The notes under the pieces are model-generated. The model searched no databases. It worked only from the letters and a program-made list of their open reading frames with translations, and was not told the origin of the DNA. 64,000 bases of DNA from Longimicrobiales bacterium (lineage in GTDB: Bacteria > Gemmatimonadota > Gemmatimonadetes > Longimicrobiales > Gaopeijiaceae). The translations under genes were made by a program, and so were the position numbers. This document shows positions 19,989 to 29,152 of this stretch, piece by piece. Position 1 is the stretch's first letter; every line of letters starts with the position of its first letter. The DNA lies in NCBI GenBank assembly GCA_041690395.1, contig JAWLHJ010000006.1, positions 198,530 to 262,529 of the forward strand, in the 5' to 3' direction.

Positions 19989-20523
19989 GCCACCACGCCT
20001 TCGCGGCGAGGAACGCGAAGGCGGCCACGCCGCCGAGCAGGGCCTCCCACTCGCGGTTGCGTCGATACTGCTCCCCGCGGAACCCTGCGGTCCGCACATC
20101 CGCGTCGGGACGGTAGGGGGTCAGGCGCGGCAGGAAGGCGGGCACGGCGCGTGCGTACGCCCGGTAGCGCTCGCCGTAGAGTTCGGTGAGGCGCCCGGCT
20201 TCGGCGGCCATCGTGCGGGCGTAGACGCCCGTGAAGAAGAGGACGAACACGGCCGGCCAGATCCAGTGCCCGCCCGCCGCCGTCACTCCGATTCCGATCA
20301 GGAACGACCCCAGGTACAACGGGTTCCGCGTGAACGCGTACGGGCCGGAGACCGTGAGTTGGCTCTCCTTGTGGATCGTGCCGGCCGCCCAGGCGCGCAC
20401 GCCGAGGCCGAGCGCGGCCACGGCCGCGCCCACGGCGAGCAGGCTCCAGGTGGGGCGTGCCAGGATCAGGAACGGCACGACGAGCAGCCAGACGGCCTTG
20501 AGGCGCAGGCGGTTCAGATTCAC
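19978..20523 (-). CDS. Isoprenylcysteine carboxyl methyltransferase / phospholipid methyltransferase family membrane protein
   Basis: LTVSGPYAFTRNPLYLG, E...L...YG..Y..Y...VPAFLP. Confidence 0.85.
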   Translation of the reverse strand: MNLNRLRLKAVWLLVVPFLILARPTWSLLAVGAAVAALGLGVRAWAAGTIHKESQLTVSGPYAFTRNPLYLGSFLIGIGVTAAGGHWIWPAVFVLFFTGVYARTMAAEAGRLTELYGERYRAYARAVPAFLPRLTPYRPDADVRTAGFRGEQYRRNREWEALLGGVAAFAFLAAKAWWLSG

Positions 20524-20560
20524 GGGACCGTCGGGTATGCGTGGAACGGTGCGGAGCGGG

Positions 20561-21499
20561 TCAGCGGGATCCGCGCGGGTCTCGCGCCGCCGCGGCGCGG
20601 GCTTCTGCGACCCGCTCGCGGGAATCCGGATGGAGCGGCACGCCCTCCTGGATCGACCGGAGATGCAGCGTCAGCGATCCCGGGAACTTGGGGATGTTCG
20701 ACTTCATGTAGACGAGGATCCGGCGCTCGTCGTCGGTGAAGTGCAGTTCCGCGTCGCCCCCCTGGCCGAAGAGCCCGTCCGTCCTGATGACGGGCTTCAC
20801 GACGACGGTGTTGAAGGTACCGACCGCCGTCTCGCGACGATCCTTCCTCACCACCTGGATGATGACGGGGTTGCCGTCCTCCTTGAAGTACCGGTCGAGG
20901 GTATAGACGTCGCCGACTTCGAGGGGAAGCGTCCGGATGTAGTAGATGAACGCGATGTCGTCGAGCGGGATCTGCGAGCCCAGGTCACCGAACTCGTCGT
21001 TGTCCTGCCGCTCCCACGTTCCCCGCTCCGGAAAGAACTCGAAGTGCCGGAAGCTCTCGTAGTTGACCTGATGCACGTCGCGGATGAAGCGCCAGCTCTG
21101 GAGGGTGTAGACGTCGAACCAGGTGGCGTACTGGTCGTCCACCTTGAGGCCCATGAGCGATCCCTCGATGCCCATGACCGCCCGGTACGTCTCGTTGCCC
21201 CGTACGGTATCCACCGGATGCACGCTCATGTGGCCCTGGCCGACGCCGAAGATGCCGACCTTCACGTCGTAGACCAGGTGCTCGCCCGGTCCGAACGGCG
21301 CGGGCGCCACGTAAGGATTCTCCGCGAGCGCTTCGGGAACCACCGGCGGGTCCTCCTCCGGTAGCTGGGCGGAAAGGCCGGGCGCGAGGGCGAGCAGGGA
21401 CAGGCCGAGAAGGGCCAGACCCGGCACGACCGGACCGAGCGAGACCAGACCCAGCAGGGACGAGCCGCGCGGGAGGGCGGTCGAGCGGCGGGCGGTCAT
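20561..21499 (-). CDS. DUF3108-like exported protein
   Basis: Signal-like hydrophobic segment, PFGPGE.LVY.V..G...VG, E...GTFNT.VVKP, FTDDERRI; TGATG overlap. Confidence 0.75.
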   Translation of the reverse strand: MTARRSTALPRGSSLLGLVSLGPVVPGLALLGLSLLALAPGLSAQLPEEDPPVVPEALAENPYVAPAPFGPGEHLVYDVKVGIFGVGQGHMSVHPVDTVRGNETYRAVMGIEGSLMGLKVDDQYATWFDVYTLQSWRFIRDVHQVNYESFRHFEFFPERGTWERQDNDEFGDLGSQIPLDDIAFIYYIRTLPLEVGDVYTLDRYFKEDGNPVIIQVVRKDRRETAVGTFNTVVVKPVIRTDGLFGQGGDAELHFTDDERRILVYMKSNIPKFPGSLTLHLRSIQEGVPLHPDSRERVAEARAAAARDPRGSR

Positions 21500-22260
21500 C
21501 ACGCGGCCTCTGGCGGCGCTTCGGACCACTCCGAGCGCCGCAGCTTGAAGAGGGACACGAAGGTCGGCCAGGCCTTGAAGCGCGACGGACGCTGCCGGAG
21601 GTCGTACCGGAGCGTCAGGGGCGCCTCGGCGACCCGCCGGGCGTGCGGTACGAGACAGCCGAGCATCTCCACGTTGGCCGCCCACCCGTCGGACGTCGTC
21701 AGGAAGCGGTCCTCCGGGAGGTCGCGGAACGCCTTCTTCAACACGATCACCCGGTAGGCGCGCATGCCCGACAACGGATCGGAGACGGGCGCGGTCCGGA
21801 GCAGCCGCCGCAGAAAGATGCCGCTGAGCCGGCGGGCCCAACGCACGCCTTCCGGCGGCTCCACGGCCTGGGTGGCGTCCCGGTCCTCGTGGCCGGCGAC
21901 GATGTCCGCGCCACCCTCGAAGACCTTCACGAGCGAGACCATGTCCTCGGGGTTCTCGGTGAAGTCGCCCTGCATGACGACCGCGCAGTCCCGCTTGGGA
22001 TAGGGAGATACTTCCGCGACGTGGCGAAGGAGCTTCTCCACCGAGCGCCCGTACCCCTGGCGCTCGCCCGACCGGAGCACGGTCAGAGGGAGCGCGCGAC
22101 GATACCGCTCGAGCACTTCGATCGTGTCGTCGCTCGACGCGTCGTCGTGGACCACGATCCGGTAGTCACGACCGAACTCGCCCATGACCTTGCGGATCTT
22201 CCACAGGAGCACGCCGACGGTCGAAGCTTCGTCGTGGACGGGAATGCAGACGTAGATCAA
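21499..22260 (-). CDS. Glycosyltransferase family 2
   Basis: VCIPVHDEA, VHDDASSDDT, DPLSGMRAY; the DxD position reads QGD. Confidence 0.85.
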   Translation of the reverse strand: MIYVCIPVHDEASTVGVLLWKIRKVMGEFGRDYRIVVHDDASSDDTIEVLERYRRALPLTVLRSGERQGYGRSVEKLLRHVAEVSPYPKRDCAVVMQGDFTENPEDMVSLVKVFEGGADIVAGHEDRDATQAVEPPEGVRWARRLSGIFLRRLLRTAPVSDPLSGMRAYRVIVLKKAFRDLPEDRFLTTSDGWAANVEMLGCLVPHARRVAEAPLTLRYDLRQRPSRFKAWPTFVSLFKLRRSEWSEAPPEAA

Positions 22261-22332
22261 GGCTCGTGTACCTCGGGATGCGATGCTGAACCCCGGTGGG
22301 GGGCGGCGCGCGGGCAGCCGGGCCCGGCGATG

Positions 22333-23289
22333 TCAGCGTTCATTGCGTTGTACCGGGTCCGCGCCGACCGGTTCCTCGGGCGGGCGGGTCTTCCACCGCT
22401 TATGCTGCCAGAAATACTGCTCCGGATGGGCGCGCGCGGCGTCTTCGACGGCAGCCATGTAGGCCGCGGTGAAGGCCTCCAGGTCGCGCTCGAAGTCCCC
22501 CGTGTGCTCCACCTCCAGGAGGTCGAGCCGGACACGGTACGACTGCCGCCACCCCGGACGCCGCACACCGAAGCCGATGAACACCGGGACGCCCGTGCGG
22601 AGCGCGAAGGTCGCCGGCCCCCGCGCGCTCGCCGCGAGCCGGCCGAAGAACGGCACGAACACACCGTTCCGGTGGGCGTTCTGGTCCCCGACGATCGCGA
22701 CCACGCGCCCCCGGCGCAGGGCCCGGAGCACGCGCCTCGGGGCGTCCCCCATCTCCACGACCCGCATCCCGAGGCGCTCCCGCGTACCGAAGAGCTCGCG
22801 CTCGAAGTCGGGGTTCGCCATCCCCTTCGCCACCACATCGATGGGAACGCCGCGGGCGGCCACCGCGGCCCCTCCCACCTCCCAGTTGCCGAGGTGCCCC
22901 GTCAGCAAGAGCGCTCCTCCCCGGTCCTCGACAGCCGCCTTCAGGGCGTCGAGACCCGACACCTCCGTGCGCTCGAGAACGCGATCGGGCGACCACCCGC
23001 CGAGACGGAAGAGCATCACGGCCTCGCGGGCCAGGTGTCGGTAGCTGGCCCGGGCCACCCGGTCGCGGCGACGGCGGTCCCAGTCCGGGAATGCCAACTC
23101 GAGGTGCCGGTCCACGTCGGCGCGCCGGACGCGCAGCACCGATCCGGCCACGGCACCGAGAACCGCCGCGACCGCCACGGCGAGGCGCTCCGGCACGAGG
23201 GACACCACGGCCCGCAGCACGCGGAACAGGACGAACTCGGCGCGGTGGGCCAGCGTGGGCCGGCGCCCCCGCCCGTCCCCGTTCGTCAC
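22333..23289 (-). CDS. Lipid A biosynthesis acyltransferase (LpxL/HtrB family)
   Basis: TGHLGNWE, GDQ, VFVPFFG, PEQYFWQHKRWK; GTGA overlap with the ABC gene. Confidence 0.9.
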   Translation of the reverse strand: MTNGDGRGRRPTLAHRAEFVLFRVLRAVVSLVPERLAVAVAAVLGAVAGSVLRVRRADVDRHLELAFPDWDRRRRDRVARASYRHLAREAVMLFRLGGWSPDRVLERTEVSGLDALKAAVEDRGGALLLTGHLGNWEVGGAAVAARGVPIDVVAKGMANPDFERELFGTRERLGMRVVEMGDAPRRVLRALRRGRVVAIVGDQNAHRNGVFVPFFGRLAASARGPATFALRTGVPVFIGFGVRRPGWRQSYRVRLDLLEVEHTGDFERDLEAFTAAYMAAVEDAARAHPEQYFWQHKRWKTRPPEEPVGADPVQRNER

Positions 23290-25121
23290 GACCCGTCGAC
23301 CTCCGCCGACGCGGCGTCGCGGAACTGGAGCTCGTAGAGTCGACGGTACGCGCTCTCTTCGGCCATCAGCGAAGCGTGCGTGCCGCGCTCCACGATCCGG
23401 CCATCGTCCATGACCAGGATCTCGTCGGCCCGCTGGACCGTGGAGAGCCTGTGCGCGATCACGAAGACCGTCCGCCCCTCGAGGAGTCGCTCGATGGCGT
23501 CCTGCACGAGCCGCTCCGACTCGGTGTCGAGCGCGCTCGTGGCCTCGTCGAAGATCAGGATGGGGGGATCCTTCAGGAGGGCCCGCGCGATGGCGATGCG
23601 CTGGCGTTGCCCTCCGGACAGCTCGACCCCCCGCTCCCCGACGACCGTCTCGTACCCGTCGGGCATCTGCATGATGAAGTCGTGCGCGTGCGCGGCCCGG
23701 GCCGCGGCCTCGATCCGGGCGTCGTCCGCGTCCGGCTGCCCGTAGGCGATGTTGGCCCGTACCGTATCGTGGAAGAGCACGGTGTCCTGCGACACGATGC
23801 CCATCAGCGAGCGGAGGTCGGAGATCCGGACGTCGCGCACGTCGGTCCCGTCGATGGTCACGCGCCCCGACGTCACCTCGTAGAAGCGGCCGACCAGGTC
23901 GACGATGGTGCTCTTGCCGGCCCCGCTCGGTCCGACGATGGCCACGACCGTCCCCTTCGCGACGCGGAAGGAGACGCCGTCCAGCACGGGCTCTCCGGCT
24001 CGGTACGAGAACCCGACGTCCTCGAAGGCGATCTCCCGCTCGAAGCCGTCGAGCGGACGGGCATCGGGCGCGTCGTCGATCTCGACGGGCGCGTCGAGGA
24101 ACTCGAGGACGCGCTCCACCGCGACCAGGCCGGGCTGCGCGGTCGCCGGGAACTTCGCGACGTTCTTCACCGGAGCGTACAGCTTGAGCGACAGTCCCAG
24201 AAAGCCGACGAACTCGGCACCGGCGAGCTCCCCGCCCACGACCAACCGGGCGCCGAACCAGAGGAGGATCCCGGTGCCGGCCGCCGCCAGCATCTCGGTC
24301 ATCGGCGCGGCGGCCGCCCGCGCCAGCTCCGCCCGGAGGAACTGGTGGAAGTATCCTCCGGTGAGGCCCCGGAAGCGTTCCCGCTCCCGCTCCTCGGCCG
24401 ACGAGGACTTCACCAGCCGGATCCCCGCGAGCGTCTCCTGGATGTGCGCGTTGACCTCGCCGCCCAGGTGGAGCACCCGCCGGTCGCGCCGCCGTAGCAC
24501 CTTCACGAGCGGGCCCCAGATGATCATGGCGCCCGGGATGACCACGAAGGCGGCGATCGTGAGCTTCCACGAGATGAGCAGCATGGCGGTGAGCGCCACG
24601 GCGAACTCGAAGACCGACCCGACCAGCTTGCTCAGCTCCGCCGTGACGAGCGTGCGTACCTGCTCGACCTCGGTGGTGAGGCGGCTCACGATCTGGCCCA
24701 TACGGACCTTCCCGAAGAACGCCAGGTCGAGCCGCATGAGGTGGTCGTACACGGCGTTCCGGAGATCCCGGTTCACGCCCTGCTCCGCCCTCGCCACCAG
24801 ATAGGTCCGCGCGAACAGCACCACGTTCTTGGCCAGGAACACGAACAGGATGAGCACGATGATCCGGTTCACGGCCGTGAGCGGATCGCCGGACGGATCG
24901 GCCCACTGGTAGACCGTGGCGTCGAGCAGCCGGTCCATCGCGCTGTCGCTGCGGTCGAGCGTCGCCCCGCCCGAGACGAAGAGCGCGTCCACGAACGGGA
25001 TCAGCAGGACGTACACGGCGGCGTCGAGCACCGCGAACACCGCGGTCGCGACGATCGCCGCGACCAGCACCGGCGTGTGGGGCTTCAGATAGGGGAGCAG
25101 GCGGGACGGACCGGACTTCAA
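23286..25121 (-). CDS. ABC exporter, MsbA-like (fused TMD-NBD)
   Basis: GPSGAGKST, LSGGQRQR, IFDEATSALD, IAHRLSTV; six-TM N-terminus; lies in the lipid A cluster. Confidence 0.9.
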   Translation of the reverse strand: MKSGPSRLLPYLKPHTPVLVAAIVATAVFAVLDAAVYVLLIPFVDALFVSGGATLDRSDSAMDRLLDATVYQWADPSGDPLTAVNRIIVLILFVFLAKNVVLFARTYLVARAEQGVNRDLRNAVYDHLMRLDLAFFGKVRMGQIVSRLTTEVEQVRTLVTAELSKLVGSVFEFAVALTAMLLISWKLTIAAFVVIPGAMIIWGPLVKVLRRRDRRVLHLGGEVNAHIQETLAGIRLVKSSSAEERERERFRGLTGGYFHQFLRAELARAAAAPMTEMLAAAGTGILLWFGARLVVGGELAGAEFVGFLGLSLKLYAPVKNVAKFPATAQPGLVAVERVLEFLDAPVEIDDAPDARPLDGFEREIAFEDVGFSYRAGEPVLDGVSFRVAKGTVVAIVGPSGAGKSTIVDLVGRFYEVTSGRVTIDGTDVRDVRISDLRSLMGIVSQDTVLFHDTVRANIAYGQPDADDARIEAAARAAHAHDFIMQMPDGYETVVGERGVELSGGQRQRIAIARALLKDPPILIFDEATSALDTESERLVQDAIERLLEGRTVFVIAHRLSTVQRADEILVMDDGRIVERGTHASLMAEESAYRRLYELQFRDAASAEVDGS

Positions 25122-25155
25122 CGTGTTCTCGGTTCGTTGAGGAGAGGGCGTGGCT

Positions 25156-25431
25156 AGAAGGGTGTTGAAGGAGTGGGGTGGGTCGCGTTGGGAGCGCCAC
25201 AGCCCCAGATCCTAGGCGGCACGACGAAGGCATAGCAACGCGCTACGTCGAGGAGTGCCAACAACGGAGATGGGGCTGTGCCGCCCCAACCCGCAGGGCA
25301 CGAGGGGGTTGCGGCACTATACTGCGTCATCCTTCCGCCCCGGTCTTACTACATCGCATTCGTCGCTCTTCCTTGTACGATACCCGCAAGACCCTCGTGC
25401 GCGGCGCACCCCACTCCTTCAACACCCTTCT
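25156..25431. mobile_element. MITE-like non-autonomous element, copy 1
   Basis: Perfect 25-bp TIR AGAAGGGTGTTGAAGGAGTGGGGTG at 25156-25180 and 25407-25431; two internal hairpins; no credible ORF. Confidence 0.75.
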
Positions 25432-27002
25432 TACCTGGGCGTCAGGCTCGCGACCGGCACGATCATCTCCTCGGGGCTGATGCCGCCGTGGAGGAACGAG
25501 TTCCGGTAGCGGGCCTGGTACTCCCGAAGCTTCGTGGGATATACCAGGAAGTAGTCGTCGAGCGTGATCAGATACGTCATGCCGAGCTTGCCGGCGGGGA
25601 GCCGAAGGTCTCCGGCGTCGCTGGTGACGTACGCGGTCGACGAGTCCTCGACCCTCAGATCCTGCCCGAACTTGTAGCGTAGGTTGCTGGTGGCGTCGCG
25701 GCGGGCGAACACGGTGGCCGGCCGGTGGCAGAGGATCGAGCCGTGATCGGTCGTGAAGACCACCTTGTGACCGTTCGCTGCCGCCTCCCGGAGCACCTGG
25801 TATGCCGTCGAGCGCTCGAACCAGGAGCGCGTCAGGTCGCGGAGCGCCGCCTCGTCCCGGGCCACCTCCATGAGGATGGGCGACTCGGAGCGGCCGTGCG
25901 TCATCAGGTCGACGAAGTTGAAGACCATGGCGACCACGGTCCCGGGCGTCTTGATCGCCGAGTTCACGCGGGCCCGAACCTGATCGCCCTGCCGGTCCGA
26001 GAAGATCTTCTCGTAGTGGACGGGCACCCGCCTGCCGGTGAGCCGCTCGAGCTGCTCGATGAGGAGCTCGTCCTCGAAGGCGTTCAGGCTGCCCTCGTCG
26101 TCCGAGGAGTCCCACCAGCCCGGTCGCTGACGCGCGATCTCGTCGGGGAAGAGGCCGCTGAAGATCGCGTTGCGCGCGTAGGGACTGGCCGTCGGAAGGA
26201 TCGAGTAGTGGTACGTCTCCTCGATGTCGAAGTGCTCGGCCAGCAGCGGAAGGATCGTGCGCCACTGGTCGAGGCGCATGCAGTCGAGGACCACGAAGTA
26301 GACCGGGTCGTTCCCGAGTTTGGGCACCAGGAAGTTCCGCACCAGATCGACCGACAGGAGCGGCCGCTCGTCGTCCGGAGCGCGCATCCAGCGGGGGTAC
26401 GCGCGCATGGCCCAGATGCCGAAGTCGCGCCGGAGGTCGACCATCATGGCGCGGAGCGAGTCGAGCAGACCGGTCTCGCCCGAGTCCGTGAGCCGCAGGT
26501 CCCAGTCGACCATCTCCGTGTAGACGGCCACGAAGTCCTCGGCCGACTGGGCGTCCTGGGCGCGCCTGGACAGCTCGCCGAAGCGGCCCGCGAAGTCCTG
26601 CGCGACGCGCTGCTGGCGGATGGAAGACCCCTCGAGGATGCGCGTGACGACCGACAGGACCTGCCGAGGGCTCGTCGGCTTGACCAGGTAGTCGTCCACC
26701 CGGCGGCCGATGGCCTCCGTCATGGTGTGGTCCTCCTCCGACTTCGTGACCATCACCACGCGCTGGTGGGGATCGTGGCGCCGGAGGATCTCCAGGACCT
26801 CCAGGCCGCGCCGCCCGGGCATCTGCTCGTCGAGGAGCACGAGATCGTACGGCTGCTCGCGCAGGAGCTCGAGGGCGTCGTCGCCATTCGGAATGGCGTC
26901 CACGTGGTAGCCGCGCGCCTGCAGGAAGAGCAGGTGCGGCTTCAGGAGATCGACCTCGTCGTCGACCCAGAGGATCCGTTTGGCGGGGCGCGTCGTCTGC
27001 AT
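25431..27002 (-). CDS. Response regulator with PglZ/alkaline-phosphatase-like domain (PorX-like)
   Basis: REC domain (ILWVDDE, LLDEQMPG, VTKS, KP) plus PglZ motifs LDCMRLDQW, SILPTASPYARNAIFSG, TTDHG, HGGISPEEM. Confidence 0.92.
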   Translation of the reverse strand: MQTTRPAKRILWVDDEVDLLKPHLLFLQARGYHVDAIPNGDDALELLREQPYDLVLLDEQMPGRRGLEVLEILRRHDPHQRVVMVTKSEEDHTMTEAIGRRVDDYLVKPTSPRQVLSVVTRILEGSSIRQQRVAQDFAGRFGELSRRAQDAQSAEDFVAVYTEMVDWDLRLTDSGETGLLDSLRAMMVDLRRDFGIWAMRAYPRWMRAPDDERPLLSVDLVRNFLVPKLGNDPVYFVVLDCMRLDQWRTILPLLAEHFDIEETYHYSILPTASPYARNAIFSGLFPDEIARQRPGWWDSSDDEGSLNAFEDELLIEQLERLTGRRVPVHYEKIFSDRQGDQVRARVNSAIKTPGTVVAMVFNFVDLMTHGRSESPILMEVARDEAALRDLTRSWFERSTAYQVLREAAANGHKVVFTTDHGSILCHRPATVFARRDATSNLRYKFGQDLRVEDSSTAYVTSDAGDLRLPAGKLGMTYLITLDDYFLVYPTKLREYQARYRNSFLHGGISPEEMIVPVASLTPR

Positions 27003-27149
27003 CGCCCTGGAAGGTAACGGTCCAGGGGCGGTCGCACCGCCGACGTCGCAAACAGCGCGGGGCGCGGAGGGGGCTCGGTGCGGAGGACTCGGCGGGGAGG
27101 GCTCGGCGCCCGGTGCCCCGGGCCCGAGGGACGCAGCGTTCGAGCGCAC

Positions 27150-27360
27150 CGCGACGGCTGGCGCCGGGGACAACTGCACGATCGTGTCGTGGTCGCGCGT
27201 TCCATGCGTGCTTTTCCCCGCCAGGCGGGGCGAACTGCACACTCGCGTGCGTCAGAGGAGCGCGTTGCGCCCTTTTCCTCGCTGGGCGGGGTCAACCCTC
27301 CATGTCGCGTCTCGGGGCTGCACGATCGTGTCGTTCTCCCCGCTGGGCCAGGACCCCGCC
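27150..27360. repeat. Decayed ~61-bp-period repeat
   Basis: TTYTCCYCGC-nnG-GC starts at 27212, 27273 and 27334; GGGGnnAACTGCAC occurs at 27166 and 27227; exact 17-mer CTGCACGATCGTGTCGT at 27174 and 27318. Confidence 0.6.
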
Positions 27361-27385
27361 GGGACGCGGCGCCAGGCGTCGCGGA

Positions 27386-29152
27386 CTAGGGCGTCCCGGC
27401 CGTCAGCAGGTCGAAGTAGTCGTCCACGTCGAAGCCGGCCGGATCCACCCAGTAGCGCTGCCCACGCGAGAAGTGCCCCGTGGTCGGGAAGTAGGGCGGC
27501 GGAGCCGTGGCGCCGCATCGGTCGTAGCTGTAGCGCTTCACGTAGCCCGTGCCACCGACCGTCCAGATGGTACCCACCGCGCCGCGGATGTTCTGGATGA
27601 TGCCCCCCGTGAGGTAGAGGCAGCCACGCCCCCAGAGCGCGCCTTCGCACCGCTCCGCCCGCGTCGGACCCGAGGCGTAGTTCTCGACCGTGAACTGGTC
27701 GAGTGCGAGGACGATGGCATGGATGAACTCGTCCTTCGTGTCGTCGTAGGTGAACTCGTTCGCTCCGCCGGCCGGATTCTGGGCGGTGTTGAGCGTGTTG
27801 TCGGCCACCACCACGTCGGTGCCGCCGAAAAGCCCGAGGATGTCCTCGCAGGTGCCCACGCCGGGGTCGGTCGCGTACACCAGGTCGTCACCGATGATGA
27901 TCTCGTCGGTAGCGGCCAAGGTCACTCGGCCCCGCAGGCGCCCGCTGATGACCACCTTGCCGTCGACGTGGATGACGCCCTGGAAATTCGGGTTCATGGT
28001 CCTGGACAGCGGGAACAGGTACTGGGCGTCCGGTCGGGACGCGATGAGCGGATCGGGAGTCCCCGGCCTCGCGACCCACTGACCGTTCCCGTCGTTCGCG
28101 ACGAAGCCACCGAAGATCTCGTCGGAACCGCCCAGGTAACAGCGGCGCGTGGAGTTCGACAGGGCAGCCACATAGGAGTCCGGGCCGTTGGTCGGATGGT
28201 CCGCCGCCGACACGAAGGTGCCGTCGGAATGGTAATGCCCGCAGTGCTCCGCGTAGCGCATGCCCCAGCCGGGCCGATCACCGGACAGCCATGTCGCATC
28301 GTTGGACTGGTAGACCTTGAAGAAGCCCTCGTTCTCGCCGGTGACCTCCCCGTCGCCGTCGAGGTCGAGCGCGACGAACTCGATACGGAGGTAAGCCTCG
28401 CCGGACCCCGATGGTGAGGCCGTCGAAAACGCCGTGCCCGCGGATGCCGCACGCGTCTGCAACGCGGTGAGCTCGGCCGTCTCGGGCATCGCGATGGTAG
28501 GAACGTCCTCCTCGAACCCCCGATGGAACGTCCCGTACGACTCACCCACGACCTGGCCCGCCGTCCGGGTCTCGTCATGGAACGTCGCCCCGGAGGAGTA
28601 GATCTTCAGGTCGTCGTTGGTGTGGACGGGTCCGAAGATCTGGTCACCGCCGCCGAACGAGATCGTGGACGGCTCGATGTCGGTGAAATACGCATAGCGG
28701 GCGAAGCTTTCCTGAAACACCTGCGACCGGCGGATGGCGACGCCGCCGCCGCCGTCCCTCGCCACGGAGACGATGCTGCCGAAGACGCCGTACTGCCCGG
28801 TCGTCACGCCGGTCGGTCCCGCGTAGGTCCAGCGCTGGACGCCGGGCACCGGGTTTCCGAGGGCGTCCTGGGGCGTGACCCCATCCTCGAGGATCACGTA
28901 TCCGCTGTCCGGATACAGGTCTGAGCTGCCGTTCAGCACCGCTCGGGCGAACTCGAGCCCCTGGAGGGCTACCCCGTCCAGCTGCCCCTGCCGCTCGTAG
29001 TAGCGGTTGCTGAGCGTGTGCGTCGAGCCGATCATGGCCGCGCCGGTCACCATCACGGCTACGACCATCACGACGAGCAGCACGGTCACGAGCGCGAATC
29101 CGCCGCGCTGCCGGGCCAGGGCCTCTCGGCCGGTACACGTCGTCAGGCTCAT
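27386..29152 (-). CDS. PilX/GspK-like minor pilin with large C-terminal domain
   Basis: Class III leader G|FALVTVLL (no Glu5, as in PilX/GspK), GPVHTND, DLDGDGE loop; ATGA overlap. Confidence 0.8.
   Translation of the reverse strand: MSLTTCTGREALARQRGGFALVTVLLVVMVVAVMVTGAAMIGSTHTLSNRYYERQGQLDGVALQGLEFARAVLNGSSDLYPDSGYVILEDGVTPQDALGNPVPGVQRWTYAGPTGVTTGQYGVFGSIVSVARDGGGGVAIRRSQVFQESFARYAYFTDIEPSTISFGGGDQIFGPVHTNDDLKIYSSGATFHDETRTAGQVVGESYGTFHRGFEEDVPTIAMPETAELTALQTRAASAGTAFSTASPSGSGEAYLRIEFVALDLDGDGEVTGENEGFFKVYQSNDATWLSGDRPGWGMRYAEHCGHYHSDGTFVSAADHPTNGPDSYVAALSNSTRRCYLGGSDEIFGGFVANDGNGQWVARPGTPDPLIASRPDAQYLFPLSRTMNPNFQGVIHVDGKVVISGRLRGRVTLAATDEIIIGDDLVYATDPGVGTCEDILGLFGGTDVVVADNTLNTAQNPAGGANEFTYDDTKDEFIHAIVLALDQFTVENYASGPTRAERCEGALWGRGCLYLTGGIIQNIRGAVGTIWTVGGTGYVKRYSYDRCGATAPPPYFPTTGHFSRGQRYWVDPAGFDVDDYFDLLTAGTP

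Noticed and set aside
25431..27002. PglZ domain as evidence of a BREX defence system
   Set aside because: It is fused to a receiver domain (PorX architecture), and no brxC/pglX/brxL genes are nearby.
27150..27360. Functional CRISPR array
   Set aside because: Repeats are too divergent, spacers share sequence, and there are no cas genes or leader. Kept only as a repeat and a finding.
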